DNA of 37,761 nt, from positions 1 through 37,761 of the forward strand of contig MEDY01000303.1 of assembly GCA_001724265.1 (NCBI GenBank). The letters are read 5' to 3'. The DNA comes from Rhizaria sp. SCN 62-66. Its lineage: Eukaryota. A program made the position numbers and the translations under genes. The notes beneath the pieces are model-generated. The model was given only the letters and a program-made list of their open reading frames with translations, searched no databases and was not told the DNA's origin. Below, one piece after another: positions 24,244 through 37,344 of the stretch (its first letter is position 1; every line of letters starts with the position of its first letter).

Positions 24244-27200
24244 TTATGCGCGCTGCTGTGCGACGAAGTTCTGCAGCATGAGCACAAGCGCGTTGAACGC
24301 GGGCTCCCACGGCGTGAACTCGACCTTGCGGACCTGGCGGATGCGCTGCAGCTGCTGCATGAACTCGCCGGCCTTCAGCTTCGCCTCCGCGGCCTTAGCG
24401 CGCATCACGGCCGCGCGCGAGTTGTCGGCGTTGGCGGCCAGCTGCGGTGTGTATCCGGGGTCGAGAGCCACGGCCGTGAGCGCGGATTTGAGCTCGACGG
24501 TGAGGCCGCGGAAGAAACTCTGCATGTTCTGCGCCAGCAGCGGCGGAATGCGATCCGCGTTGAAGATAATGTGCGAGAGCGTGAAGCAGAGCATGACGAT
24601 GTTGGTGCAATCCCACGGCTTGAGACCCGCCGCCTGCAGGTGGCGCTGCACGTACCGCACGAAGCGCGGCGCGACGTGCCCGTCGACCTGCAGCGACAGC
24701 GCGCGGGACCCGGGGTAGCCGACGTTGGCGGCGGCGACGCGCGCGGCCGAGATGAGCGCCTTATCGAACTGTTGCATCGTCGCCACGGCGTGCACGTAGA
24801 GCCGATGCACGAGCACGGGCAGCACCGAGACGACGTTGCGCAGCGACTCGACTGACTTGACGATGGCGCGCGCGCCGTGCTGCGTCAGCGGCGGCATCGC
24901 GCACCGCAGTAGCGCGCGCGGGGCCGCGGTCGTCACGGTCACCTGCACGCCCGACGGGGGCGCGTAGAGGTCGCCGACGCCGGCGCAGTGAAGCACCGCG
25001 GCCGCGCCGTCTCCGCCGTTGCCGCCGCCGCGCTTGGCGTGACCGCCGCTACTCCCGGTGAGGGTGCCCATGAGGGCGGAGGCGACGCACTTGCCCTTGT
25101 CGCCCTTGTTGTTCTTGTCGAACGGCGTCAGCGCGCCAGAGTTGTCCGAGTTGCCGCTGGCACTGCCAGAGGACGCGGCGTTGGGCGCGAAGGGCGTGTA
25201 CGTAACGCAGCGCCAGGGGTTCCAGTGCGGCATCCAGCCCTCGCGGCCCTTGGATGGCGCGCCCGCGTCGGCCGCGGCAGCCTTGGAGGCCTTAAGCTTG
25301 TTGATGGCGGCGTGCACGTCGTCGACGTCGTCCTCCCCGCCCACCGCGCTGCGGTCCCGCCCGCCCGCCGTGCCGCTCGCGATGGCCTCCTCAGTGTTGG
25401 CGACCGCGGTGCACACTTGCAGCAGCACGCCGATCTGCTCCAGCACCAGGTGCGACGCACGCAGCTCGCGGTCGTTAAGCTGCTGCAGCCGCTGCCGCCG
25501 GTCCGCCGGCGACACGCGCGGCTCCGCGCCCGCGGACCCAGCGGCCGCTGTCGGCAGCGCGTTGGCGACGGCCACGGACCGGCGGTGGTCGGCAACGGCG
25601 CGGCGTTCTTCTTCGGGGTCGAAGAACAGCTCGGCCGTCGCGGCGGCAGCAGCGGCGGCGGCAGCGGCGGCGGCGGCGGCGGCGGCGTTCGCGGCCGCCT
25701 GCTGCTGTTGCTGCTGCTCGCTCTGCGCCCGCTTCGTCGTCGACTTGTTCGTCGCCGAGCCCGACACGGAGATCGACGGGGACGGCGACGAGCGCCGCCC
25801 GGTCGCGCGGGACGTCGAGACGCCGGTCTTGGCGCTAGCGGCCTTGCTGCCCGCGGTGCGCGGGGCCGGGTCGGCGGACTCGGCACCCTTCTTGGCACCG
25901 CCGTCGGCGGCGTCGGCGGCCGCTCGGCGGCGCGCGCGGGCCTGGGCGCGCGGGTCGTCGGAGTCGTCGGCGGCGCCCTTGCGGCCACGGAGGGCGTCGC
26001 GGGAAACGCGCACGCGGTCGTCGTCATCATCGTCGTCATCATCGTCGCTGTCGGGGACAACGTCGCGGCGAGATGACTTGACGGTGAATTTACCGGCCGC
26101 CTTGTCCTCCTTCTTGGCGGCGCTGGCGCGCACGGGGGCGGGCGGGCGCTCGGTGGGCTGGGTCACGGCCTCAACCTCGTCTTCGTCGATACTGAACTCG
26201 AACTCCTCACCAGAGTCGTCGTCCTCGTCCTCGTCGTCGTCGTCAGCATTGAGGTCAAGGTCGAACGACTGCTCGCTGTCGCTACGCTTGCCCTTGGTCT
26301 TGCGGCGGTGGGCGTCGTCGTCGCTGTCTTGCTCGCTCCACTCGTCCTCATCTTCGTCCTCGTCCTCGTCGTCGCCGAAGTCGTCGTCGTCGTCGTCGTC
26401 CTGCTCCTCGTCGTCGTCGTCGTCGTCGGCGTCGCCGTCGAGGTACACATACGCGTCCGACGCCGGGTTGCTCAGCGCGGACATGTACTCGGCGCCCGCC
26501 GTGCCCAGCCCGTGGCCGACGTAGCACATCATCGGTGAGAAGATGAGCGTCGCGACGGGCACGAAGAGCGGGAAGCTGCCCGCCCGCTTCAGCGCGCTGC
26601 CGACCGCCAGCGCCAGCTCCAGCGCCTTGATGTGGTTGAACGGCAGCACGGCGTGGACTAGCTGGCACAGCAGCGCGCTGTCAAACGTCGCCGGGTGCAG
26701 CGACGACAGCGCCGCGGCATCGGCGTACTGGCCGATGTCCTCCATGAAGCCCTCGGCACCGCCCTCGAGCGCGCCCGCCGCCGACGACCCGCCGCTCGCG
26801 CCGGCGCGCTTAGCCAGCCCCAGCTTGCGCAGCGCGGCCATGATGCCCAGCCCATTGCCGCTGCCGCCCGCGGCGGTTAGCGCGGCCTCGGCGCGCTCCA
26901 TCTCCTCGACTTCAGCGAGGTCCAGCGACTCGGAGGTCCCGTCGCCGAGCTCGGCTTCGACCGCGGCAGCCTCAGCGGCGGCGGCGGCGATCGCAGACGC
27001 GGCGGCGGCGCCCGTGAGGCCCTGCTGCTTGATGCGCTTGAGCTGGTAGGCGTGCCTGCGCTTGGCCAGCGTGCGCCGGCGCTGGATCAGGTCGAGGCAC
27101 GACGCTGCCGCCACGTGCGTCACCACCTCGGGCTGCAGCGCGATGATCTCGGCCCAGCCCTGGCGCTGCACGAGGTGTACTAAGGTAAGCCGCAGGCGGA

Positions 27201-30200
27201 AGAAGTGGAGCCGCGAGGCCGTGGCTGCGTCAACCCAGGTGAGGCGCACGGCGCCGGGCGGCGCGGCGTGGGCGAGCTTGTGCAGCCAGAGCGAGCAAGC
27301 GCGGTCCAGCCGCAGCCGCAGCACGGCCTCGGCCTCGGGGGACAGAACCGATAAGTGATACGCAGCCACGCCGTCGGTCATGGGGCAATCGAGCGTCGAC
27401 AGAGAGGTCGGGATGCTGCTGCCAATGCCGCTTGAGCCACTGCTCGAGGCCGAGGAAGAGTTGTTCTTGGTGGCGGTCGTCGCGGCGGCCGTGGCCGTGG
27501 CGCCCGCGGCGGCGGCAGCAGCGGCGGCAAGCGCGACCTGTCCGCCCCTGCGGCGGCCCGCGAGGGCGGCGAGCGCGGCGGGCGCGTGGGGGCCCATCGC
27601 CGTGCCCCAGCCCGACTGCGAGGCCAGCGCGGGGACGTCGGCGCCCGCCACAATGGTCAGCACGTTCTGCGCGCGGGACGTCGCAGACAGCTGCCAGTAG
27701 GCGTCGATCAGAGCCGCGCACACGCGGGCAGCACCCTGGACCAGTTTCGAGCAAAGAGCATAGATTATACCAGAAGTGAGCAAGATGAAAGTCAAATGAA
27801 TTCTCCTACCAAGGAAATAACATTGGTTTAAATATACAAAATTACATTCTAAAATCAAATGAGTTCGTTTCGTATTGTGATATTGCAGTATAAACGCACC
27901 TGGAAGTCGCGGATGTAGAGCAGCAGGTCGAGCAGCCTCTCGGCCGTGGGCAGCGCGCCCGGCGCCAGCAGCGAGCCGTACGCAGCGCCTGCGCCCGCGC
28001 CCGCGCCGCCGCCACCGCCACCGACGGCGCTGCTGGAGGACGCGGAGCCAGCGAGCGATGCGGAATAGCGCGCGTTTTCGCTGGCGGCGGCGTCCTCTGC
28101 CGAGGGCGGGATGCAGACCGTGGGCAGCCCCGTGCTGAAGGCGTGCGAGGAGGCGAACACAGGCGCCGGCGCGGTCACCGTCGGCGTCACGGCCACGAAG
28201 CCCGCGCCGGACGCCTGGCCGGCCGAAGCGGCCGCGGCGGCGGCAGCGGCGGCCGCGGAGGCGGCGTTGGAGCTCGCGCCCGCAGCCGCGGCAGCAGAGG
28301 CAGCGGCGGCCGCGGCAGCAGCAGCGGCGGCAGCAGCGGCGGCGGCGGCGCCACCCGATGACGACGTCGAGGCCGACGCAGCGGCGGCGGATGCGGCAGC
28401 CGCAGCGGCCGCGGCTGCAGCGGCGGCCGTGTTGCCGGGCGTGCCCGCGGCAACGGTGGCGGTGGCGGCCATAGCGGTGCCGACAGACAGGTCGTGCGTG
28501 AGCGTGGTGGCGAGCACGTCCTGGCACTCGGCCAGCGACGCCGCTAGCACGCCCGCCACGCTAGCGCTGCCAGTGGAGCTGCCGGCGTTAGCCGCGGCGA
28601 CGGCGACGGCGTGCGTGGCCGCGTCAGCTACGGCGGAGACGCCGACCGCGGCTGCCAGGGGCGAAACGAGCCCCAGCGCGGAGGGCAGCGGGACGGCGTA
28701 GCCAGCGAAGAGATCGTCGCGCGCGTCCTCGCCCGCGCGCCACAGCTCGGCGAGTCCGGCGGCGGGCATAACGTGCGCCGTCATGCCGCCCAGCGCGTCG
28801 GTGGCGATCATCGCGCCCGGGGCCGAGACGGACCAGCCGACCGAGACCAGCGGCGCGCCACCGGAGGCGTCGGCGTCGGTGTAGACGAGGCGGTGCGGCG
28901 CCGCTCGGAGCGACCACAGCGCGAGACGACCGTCCTATAAGGGAAATGCAAAAAGAATGAAGCAGTTGTGGTTTCGATATGAGACATTCGTCATGAAATT
29001 AAAGAAGATATATCAACATGAAATCGACAAATTAATGTAATGAGAAAAATACTCGCGGGGCTGTGAGATTGTGTGCATCGTACCTGGTGTCCGGAGAGCA
29101 GGAGCTCGGGGTGGGAGCGCGACCAAGCGAGTGAGAGCGCGGGCGCGCGCGTGTGCGCCGTGAGCCGCACCACCGGGCAGCGCTCGAAGCGCGCGTCCCA
29201 GATGTTGATCTCGTTGTCAAGCGAGGCCGACGCAAGCAGATGCGGCACGAGCGGGTTGGCCGCGATGGCCGTGACGGCCGAGGCGTGCGCATGCGAGTGC
29301 GAGAAGCGGACGCAGTCTGCCGTGGCCGAGGCCAGCGCGCGCGGGTCGACGAGCTTGAGCGAGCCGTGGGCTGAGCCCATGGCAACGCCGGCGGCCGCGC
29401 CCTGCGGCACCCACGCCAGCGCCGTGATGGGCGACGAGCTGCCGGCCTCGGACCACAGCGGCGCCGGGTCCGCCACGCTCCACGTCGACAGCACCGAGCC
29501 CGACGACGTGGCGAACTCGGTCGGGTTCACCGGGTTGATGGCCACCAGCGGACCGCGGGCAGCGGGCGCCCAGAGCCCGGGCAGCCCGGCCCACGCGGCG
29601 GCGCGGCCGCCGGGCCCCGCGGTGGGCGTGAGCGCGCACGAGGGCACCGCGAAGGCGCCCGTGAGGCGGAGCAGCGCGGGCGGGCCCGTCGAGTCGAGGC
29701 CCAGGAACGAAGACCGAGCCACCACGGACCGGCGCGGGGCGTTGGCCGCGTTGGCAACGGCGGCCGTGACGGTGCTGTTGGCGGCCGTCAGCCGGCCCAG
29801 TTCGCTGCTGCTCGTGTGCGGAGACACGTTGCTCGGCGTCGAGATCGTCGCGGCGGCCGCGGCGGCTACGGCGGCGGCGGCCACGGTCACGTCCTCGCCC
29901 ATGCTCAGCCCTGGGGGCGCCTCGGCGAAGGCTGGCACGGACATGTAGGCGCGGTAGTGCTTCGCGGCGGCCGCGGCCTCGGCGGCGGTCGCTTCGGCGG
30001 TGCCATCGGCCTTGCTGCTACCGGATTTGGACTTGGACTTGACCTTAGAGGACTTGGAGTCGTTCGCGGGGGACTTGACAGAGCTCTTCTTGTCAAATAC
30101 GCCGCTGAGCGCACTGCGCCTCAGGCCGCCTTCGCCGTCATCGTCGTCGTCATCGTCGTCATCGTCGTCGGCAACGTACTTGCCGCCGCCGGCGCGGAAC

Positions 30201-32587
30201 TTGGTGCTTTTCTTGCTACTGCTCGAACCACCCTTCTTCTCGTCATCGTCATCATCCTCATCGTCGTCATCATCGTCGCCATCGCCGTTGGTATTGAGTT
30301 CGTTGTCGTCGTCGACACCGAAGCTGTTGCGCTCGCCCAGCGCCTTAGCGACGCGGCTGGCCTGCGCGGCCGCAACCAGGGGCGCGTAGCCGTACGCCTC
30401 CGGCCGCGCCTCGTACATAAGCACGCTGCCTCCGACCGTGGCCACGAGCAGCCGGTCGCGCGCCCAGGCCGCCCCGCTCGCGTGCGCCGGGCGGAACGGG
30501 CTGCTCACTTCGCCGCGGGCCAGCGCGCGCGCGAACGGCGCCGTCAGCTTCTGGTTCCCGGGCATTGCCAACACGGCGCGCGACGGCGAAGACAGCTGCG
30601 CCACCTGCCGCGGGTACGCCGCCAGCGAGAAGACTTCGGCCGCGCCTGCGCCCGTCGCGGAACGCGCGCCCATCGCGCCGCCGGTGTACGACGAGGCCGA
30701 GGCGTCGGTGACGGCGAGCCCAGTGCCGTGCGGGTGCGCGGGGTCCACCGGCGTCGACAGCGTGGGCGCGGTGCACGGGGACCGCAGCGGCAGCGACGTA
30801 GCCGGCGGCAGCTTCGCCAGCGTCGCCTCGGGCAGCAGCGACGCGCCGCCCTGGCCCGCGCCCGCGCCGACGCTGCTGAGCGCGCCGCCGGGGCCCCAGA
30901 TACCGCTGGCCACCGACATACGCTTGCCCTGCTCTCCCAGCACCACATGCCGCCGGCCTCCTGCTCCGCCCGCGCTGGCGGCGGCCGCCGCGGCCGTGGC
31001 GAGGTGCTGCGGGAGAAAGCGCGCCGCGTTGACCTGGACCTGCGGGCAGCCGACGCCGCCGGCGAGTGCGAAGAGGTCGTGACTGTCGTGCTGCGCGACG
31101 GCCGCGACCGACATCGGCCTCAGGTGCGTCTGGATCGGGAACACCTCAACGCAGTCGCGCAGCGCGTTGGTGCTGGCGGCAATGGCGCTGTCGGAGCGCC
31201 ACTGCGAGAGCACACCCGTCAGCGGCGCCGTCGCCAGCAGGTGCGTGCGGCGCGCGGCGGCGTCTGGCGCGAAAGTCACAGGGGCCGGGGCGAAGCCGCT
31301 GGAGCCGGCGCCGCGGCGGGACGCTGCAGAGCTGGGCGGCGGCGCAAGGAACAGAGACCAGGGCTGCGTGGTCGCGGCGTCGTCGTCGAGATCGCCAGCA
31401 GCGGCGACGGCGGCGGCGGCGGCAGCGGCGGTGGGCGTCGCGGCGGAGTCGCCATCCCCAGTCGAGCCGTTACCAGTAGCAGCAGCCGCGGCAGCGGCAG
31501 CAGTGTTGTGCTTGTGGCGCGGCGGGAGGAGCGAGCACGCGGCGGCCTCCAGGTCATCGTCGCTGGCACTGTCGTCGTCGCTGCCGGAGCCGCCGAAGGC
31601 GTCGCCCCAGCCCTGGCCCGAGGTCGTGCTGCCCGCCGCGGGGGCCGCCGATGAGGTCGTGGGGGTGAAGAGGGCGTCGATGCGGCGGACCGCGGCCGAG
31701 GTCGCCGCCGCATTGGCCGCCGCCGCCGCCGCGACGGCGGCCGCCGCGTTCTTGGAGTGCGCGAGCGCCATCGCGGCGCGCTTGGCCGCGCGCTTGCCGC
31801 GCCGGCGCGCCGCGGCGTCGGCGTCGGTGTCGCCGACCCAGCCGCCGTCGCCGCCGGGCGCGCCAAAGCCCGCCGCGAGCCCGTCGAGGTCGCCGCGGTA
31901 GAAGGCCGCTCTGTCTGCGTCGCCCGTGAGGTCGTCGCCATCGAGCCGCCCGCCCGCGCCCGCGGCCGCCGAGACCGAGGCGGAGGCGGCGGCGGCGGAC
32001 GCGGCGGCGGCGGCGGCGACGGCGGCGGCGGAGGCCGCGGCGGTCTTGGGCAGCGCAAGCGGCGCGGGCGCGGGGAGTCCGGCGGCGCGCGCGGCCCACG
32101 TGATGGCGCTGTGGATTGTGGTTAGCCACTCGACCATCTCATCCTCGAACGTCGCGTGCAAGGTGAAGACGCGGCCAGAGTGCGGCGGGCAGATCTCGAA
32201 GCCGAACTTGCGGTACAACTTCTCGTTTGTGGTGCGGAGCGAGGCGCCTGTGAGGGAGATGGTGCCCTTCATGGCGCCGTCGCGGGGCGTCTTGTAGTAG
32301 GTCATCGCGTCATCTTTGAGGACGAAGAAGCGTTTTTTCCACGCCTGGTTCACCTCACCCTTCTTGAAGAGCCAACCCTCAAAGTACTAAGAGTGCACAA
32401 CCAAAGCAAGAGGAGCACACATGAGAGGATTGCGAGAAAAGTTGATAATGAGAACGATGCATGTGCGTGATTGTGTGACGGATGGTTCTATGTGTGCTTT
32501 GCGAGTGTTGTTGTGACGTACGGGAGTCTCAGCAAGGCGACCAACGCCTGCGCTAGAAGAGGAATAACCAGCTCCAGAAGATAGCAT
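24244..32587 (-). CDS. Large uncharacterised PH-domain + WD40-repeat protein, 4 exons, ~2631 aa
   Basis: Exons (minus) 32587-32522, 32386-29084, 28934-27900, 27735-24244, with all introns phase 0 and GT-AG. PH domain YFEGWLFKKGEVNQAWKKRFFVLK..EMVEWLTTI; WD40 repeats HAHASAVTAIAANP..LASASLDNEINIWD and LLSGHQ|DGRLALWS; acidic and poly-Ala tracts. Ends in TAA. Confidence 0.82.
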
Positions 32588-33744
32588 CGCTGTGGTTGTT
32601 GCTGCGACCGTCAATCGACGACGACGAACTTGGAGACTGTGATTTGTGGCTCGAAGGCCAATGACAGGGACGCGTCTCTCAGTGACTGAGTTGAGTTCAA
32701 CGGTGTGTTAGAGGCAGCAAATACCACGCGACAATAGATACACAATCGTACCAAGAGTGCTCTTGAGTCGGTGAGTCTTGATTTAGTGTGCTAGATGCTA
32801 TAGACAGTGAGAGAGACAAAGAAGCCGAGAGCGAGGTGTGAGAAAGAGTCGGGATATCAGCACTACGAAGGGTAGTAGAAATAATATAAAGACAGCGAGT
32901 ACAAACTAGCGCACGGCGTGATCACTAATAACGCAAAAATAATTGAATCGGAGGATGATGAAGCGCTTGGAGTCAGGATCGACGGAGGCGCTCAGATCCA
33001 AGTCGCGAGTCAAGAAAGCGCTTACGTAGATCCAAAACAGGGGAGGGTAGACGCAGTCTTGAGAAGATAGTAATACAAAAGTTAGCTGGATACTGAGCAG
33101 GGTATCCAGGCATACTGGTTACATGCGCATTGACGAACGAATAGGGGAGAAATAAACGAGAATTTTGATCGGCTGCGCGTGCGAGTTTGCAGTCCCAAGA
33201 GGATCGGCCGTCACCATCACCGAGAGAGCCAGCGAGAACAGGGTCGGTTTCGGGCAAGAGCACCGCTTAAAATCGTGTATCATACTTCAGCCTGAACATC
33301 ACAAACCTCAAATATCAGGATTTCGTGTATTAATTTGGCTTGTTTATCTAGTTCTAATAACGAAACTGCGTACTATGGCTGTACTAGTGCGCTACAGAGT
33401 GCTTTGTGAAGCAGCTCTTTGCCAGTCGTTAGGGCGCAGGCCAAGCACGCGAAGCGCCGCGTGCCACATTCCTAGCATGGCCTTAGAGAAAACAAAGTAC
33501 ATAAATGTCCACAACGACTTTGTTTCGTGACTATAATTTGATCTGAGCATCTCATCACGTTGTCTATGTTACCATATCTTTGCTCTAATCCTCCTAGGCC
33601 CCTCCTAACACAACGCTCTTGCCTACAAGCGTTGTTCCTAGCTTCCTGTACGCACGCCTCTCGCTTCTACCACCTCTCTAATCACCTTCACTTAGCTTCA
33701 GCGGCACTACCTGTGCCCTTCGCGCTGCGCCGCTCGGTTTCGCT

Positions 33745-36700
33745 ATGATCCGCGGCCGCGGCAACCTCTCCGGCGGCGGCGCTGCCGGTGGCTACTCCGG
33801 TGACTCTAACGCCGCCCTAGGCTCCCCGTCCGGCCCCGGGGCCGGCGCCGCGTCTGGTTCCGCCGCCGCCGCCGCTGCGGCGGCGTACGCGGCGTCGTCA
33901 GCGTCGATGTATGGCACTTTCTCCGGCCCCGCCAGCCCGTCCATGTACCAGCAGCCGCAGCAGCAACAGCAGTCGTCGTCGTCGGCCGCGTCGTCGTTCG
34001 CCGCGGCCTCGTCGTCGTCCTCTGGCGCAGGCGGTGCGGCTGCGCAGTCGGCGGGCGCCCCCGCGTCGGTGCTGCATGCCACGCGGCTGCAGTCGGACCG
34101 CAGCCACACCGACCACCTCTTCCGCCAGGGCTGGATCGAGGGACAGCTCCAGGTTCGTTGCAGCACCCACTACATATTGCGTGCTCGTGTATTAAGATTT
34201 ATCGATATGTTATCTTGACTTATATCTGAATTATGTGCTATCGGATGTTCTATTTTGTTTTGAGTTCGTAAGCTCACTCTCAGATCGATCTATCCTCCCT
34301 TATGTACTATTCCCACTCTCTGCATACACGCAACACTATGACTTGTTCGTGCGACAGGAGCGCCAGTCCGAGTTCATCGAGGACCGGCCGCTGAACGTGC
34401 ATATCGCGTCGTGGAACGTCGGTGGCGCCAAGAAGCCTCCGGACGACATCGCGGAGTGGCTGCTTGACCGCAACCACCCCATGCCAGACATCCTTGCCGT
34501 CGGCTTCCAGGTACGTAGAGTACAACTTCGTAGAGTACAACTTAAATTTGATGAATCCCTTCAATATATTATTTTTCGCATATAGTTTCATATAGTTTTA
34601 TATTCACATACAATATTGGAAAGGATGTTTGTATTTCGACTTCTTGATAAATCGTCTCACATGTCTTGTGATCTACCTCTCACTTTACAGGAAATCGTCG
34701 ACCTCAACGCCGGCAACCTCCTGACGGACAACTCTGCCTCGAAGATGTGGGAAGCCCGCATCGAGCGCACCCTGGAGCAGCGCTACCAGCTGGTGTCGTC
34801 GCGCACACTCGTCGGCGTCGCTCTGTGCGTGTACGTCAAGCGCAACCTCGTTCAGTTCGTGCGCGAAGTGCAGGACGACAAGGTCGGCGTCGGCATCATG
34901 GGTGTCGGCGGCAACAAGGGCGCCGTCGCGGCGCGCCTCCGCGTCTACGACTCGACGCTGTGCTTCGTCAACGCGCACCTGGCCGCGCACCAGACCAAGG
35001 TCAGCGAACGCAACTCGGACTACCACAGCATCTGCGCGCGCGTCGCCTTCCGCAAGCCGCAGCCGGCCGCGGGCGGCGCCGGCGGCAGCGGCCTCGGTGG
35101 CGGGCTCGGTGGCGGCGTTGGCGGCGGCGGTAACGGCAGCGGCATGGGCCTCGCCAGCCCCGGCGGCGGCGGCGCCGCCGGCGGGCTCGCCAGCCCTGGC
35201 GGCAGCAACGGCGGCGGCGGCGGCCTCGGCGGCGGCGGCGGCTCCGGCTCCGGGCCCGGGTCCTCAGCCATGGGCGGTGGCGGCGGCGGTGGCAGCGGCG
35301 GCAACGGGAACGCCAACACGCTGAGCATCTTCGACCACGACCACGTGTTCTGGATGGGCGACCTTAACTACCGGCTCAACCTGACCGACTTCGAGTCGAC
35401 CTACGACCGCGTGGCCGCTTGCGATTGGCCGTTTCTGCTCGCCCATGACCAGCTGCTTCAGGAGAAGGCCGCCGGCAGCGTCTTCAAGGAGTGGTCAGAG
35501 GGGCCGATCAACTTCGCGCCCACTTACAAGTACATTCCGGGAACGCACGACTACGAGCGCCGGCCCGACAAGAAGAAGCGGCTGCCCGCGTGGTGCGACC
35601 GCATCCAGTGGATCGGCAACAACGTCAAGCAGCATTTTTACCGCCGCGCCGAGCTCTGCGTGTCGGATCACAAGCCCGTGTGCTCGCTCTTCACCGTCCG
35701 CTCGCACGTCGTGGTCCCTGAGCGCCGCGCGCAGGTCATCGCCAGTCTGAACCAGCAGCTCGACGCTTGGGAGAACGCGCTCATCCCAAAGATCGAGGTG
35801 TCTCCGCCGCTCTGGCGCGCGGGCGCCCTCGCGTTCGACACACCCTACACGCAAAAGCTGCGCATCACCAACACCGGCGACGTGCAGCTGCAGTTCTACC
35901 TGGCCTCGCGCGCCTCAGCCGCAGGAGCGGGCGGCACCAACGGGGCTGGTGGCGGCAGCGGCGGCGGCGGCGCGGCGGCGGCTGCGGCGGCGGCCAGCGG
36001 CGCCGACGGGGCCCGGCTGTACAAAGACTGGCTGTCGGTGTGGCCTCACCTCGGCTTCGTGCCGCCGCGGCAGAGCGTGGACCTGAACCTCGAGATCAAG
36101 ATCACAAAGAAGCACGCCTTCGCGATGGCGTCCGAGCTGGACAACTTCTCCGAGACCATCTGCGTTCACGTCGAGGGCGGCGGCGACGTGTTGATCCCCG
36201 TCACGGCGTCCTACCTGCGCTCGTGCTACGGGCTGCCGCTGTCGTGGCTGTGCCACACCAACGGCCCGGTCCGCACCACGCTGCCCGCGCGCCTGCCGCT
36301 GGGCGCGCTGCCCTCCGCGCCGGCCCCCGTGTCAGTCGCCGCGGGCGCGGCGGCGTCGGCCGCGGCCGCGGGCCAGGCGCTCGTGGCGCAGTCGCAGGCG
36401 CACTTGCCGCTGCCGGTGCCCGCCGAGCTCTGGCGGCTCATTGACGTGCTGTCGTCGCAGTTCCTCGACCTGCCGGGGCTCTTTTTCACCAACGGCTCGC
36501 CGCGCGAGATGCTGCAGATCCGCGAGGCGCTTGACATCGGCATGCACTTCCCCACCAACCTCTCTGGCCACTCGTACTCTGAGTCGCTGGTGCGCTTCCT
36601 GGAGCTGCTGCACGAACCGGTGTTCCCGCTCACGCTCGCGCACGCGTACAAGGAGACCGGGCTGCCGCTGAGCACATTCTGCCACAACGCGCTGCAGCTG

Positions 36701-36937
36701 CTGCCGCCCGTGCACTACAACACGTTCGTGTACGTGGTGACGTTTCTGCGCAAGGTGCTGCAGCACTCGGGCAGCAACCACACGTCGGCGGCGCAGCTCG
36801 TGCTCGTCTTCGCAAACTGCCTCATGCAGGAGGACCTGGCGAACTCGGCCGGCAGCGGCGCGGGGTCCGCCAACGAGGGCGTGCTGACCCCGCTTGTGGT
36901 GCTCAAACACTACATCACCAGCCACGACTTCGAGTGA
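33745..36937 (+). CDS. OCRL: OCRL/INPP5B-type inositol polyphosphate 5-phosphatase (5-phosphatase + ASH + RhoGAP-like), 3 exons, ~935 aa
   Basis: Exons 33745-34152, 34358-34510, 34691-36937. Motifs: SWNVGG, AVGFQ|EIVDL, GNKGAVAARL, FVNAHLAA, FWMGDLNYRL, FAPTYKY, PAWCDRIQW, SDHKPV; ASH-like ITNTG..WLSVWP; RhoGAP-like VPAELWRLIDVL. Ends in TGA. Confidence 0.93.
34514..34543 (+). repeat. 15-bp perfect tandem duplication in OCRL intron 2
   Basis: CGTAGAGTACAACTT occurs twice, starting within the 5' splice site region. A second tandem, CATATAGTTT x2, lies at 34579-34598. Confidence 0.85.
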
Positions 36938-37244
36938 GCTTCGGGGACCAAGCTAGTTATAATGATTTGTTGTGTGTTACGTCTTCTGTGATTGATTGAT
37001 CACAATCACCTGTTTGCTTACTAGTGATCATAGTTGCTGAGTTTGTGTGTTTTAGTACTCGTACAAGTGACTTTGTTGTGAATGAACAACGAGAAATACA
37101 ATTCAGCTTAGTTATCATGAAACCCCGTATGCTTGTCTCAATACCCGCAGACGTTAGCGAGACTGTGTTACGCTCAATATTGCTTTGCTCTCATAGATTG
37201 TGGCAATTCTAAGGTGGACATGGACAAGATAGAAAGATATGACA

Positions 37245-37247
<3 letters not shown>

Positions 37248-37277
<30 letters not shown>
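37248..37277 (+). repeat. (CA)15 microsatellite
   Basis: Perfect CA run between the convergent OCRL and RPL21 3' ends. Confidence 0.95.
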
Positions 37278-37281
<4 letters not shown>

Positions 37282-37344
37282 CATATTCTTGATAGTTTTG
37301 TTTGAATTAGAACAAGTCGTTTATTGCCGGAGTCGAAGTTGCGC

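Noticed and set aside
24244-28527. 1427-aa ORF as listed in the ORF track
   Set aside because: Its first ~260 residues are an off-frame reading of exon 3 plus the intron 27736-27899. The real exon 4 begins at 27735.
25058-31654. Many long overlapping antisense or alternate-frame ORFs (e.g. 25058..26524 +, 29816..31654 +; likewise 5260..6402 - and 15428..16684 -)
   Set aside because: These are expected shadows of GC-rich, GC3-biased coding sequence with trinucleotide tracts, and carry no recognisable domains.
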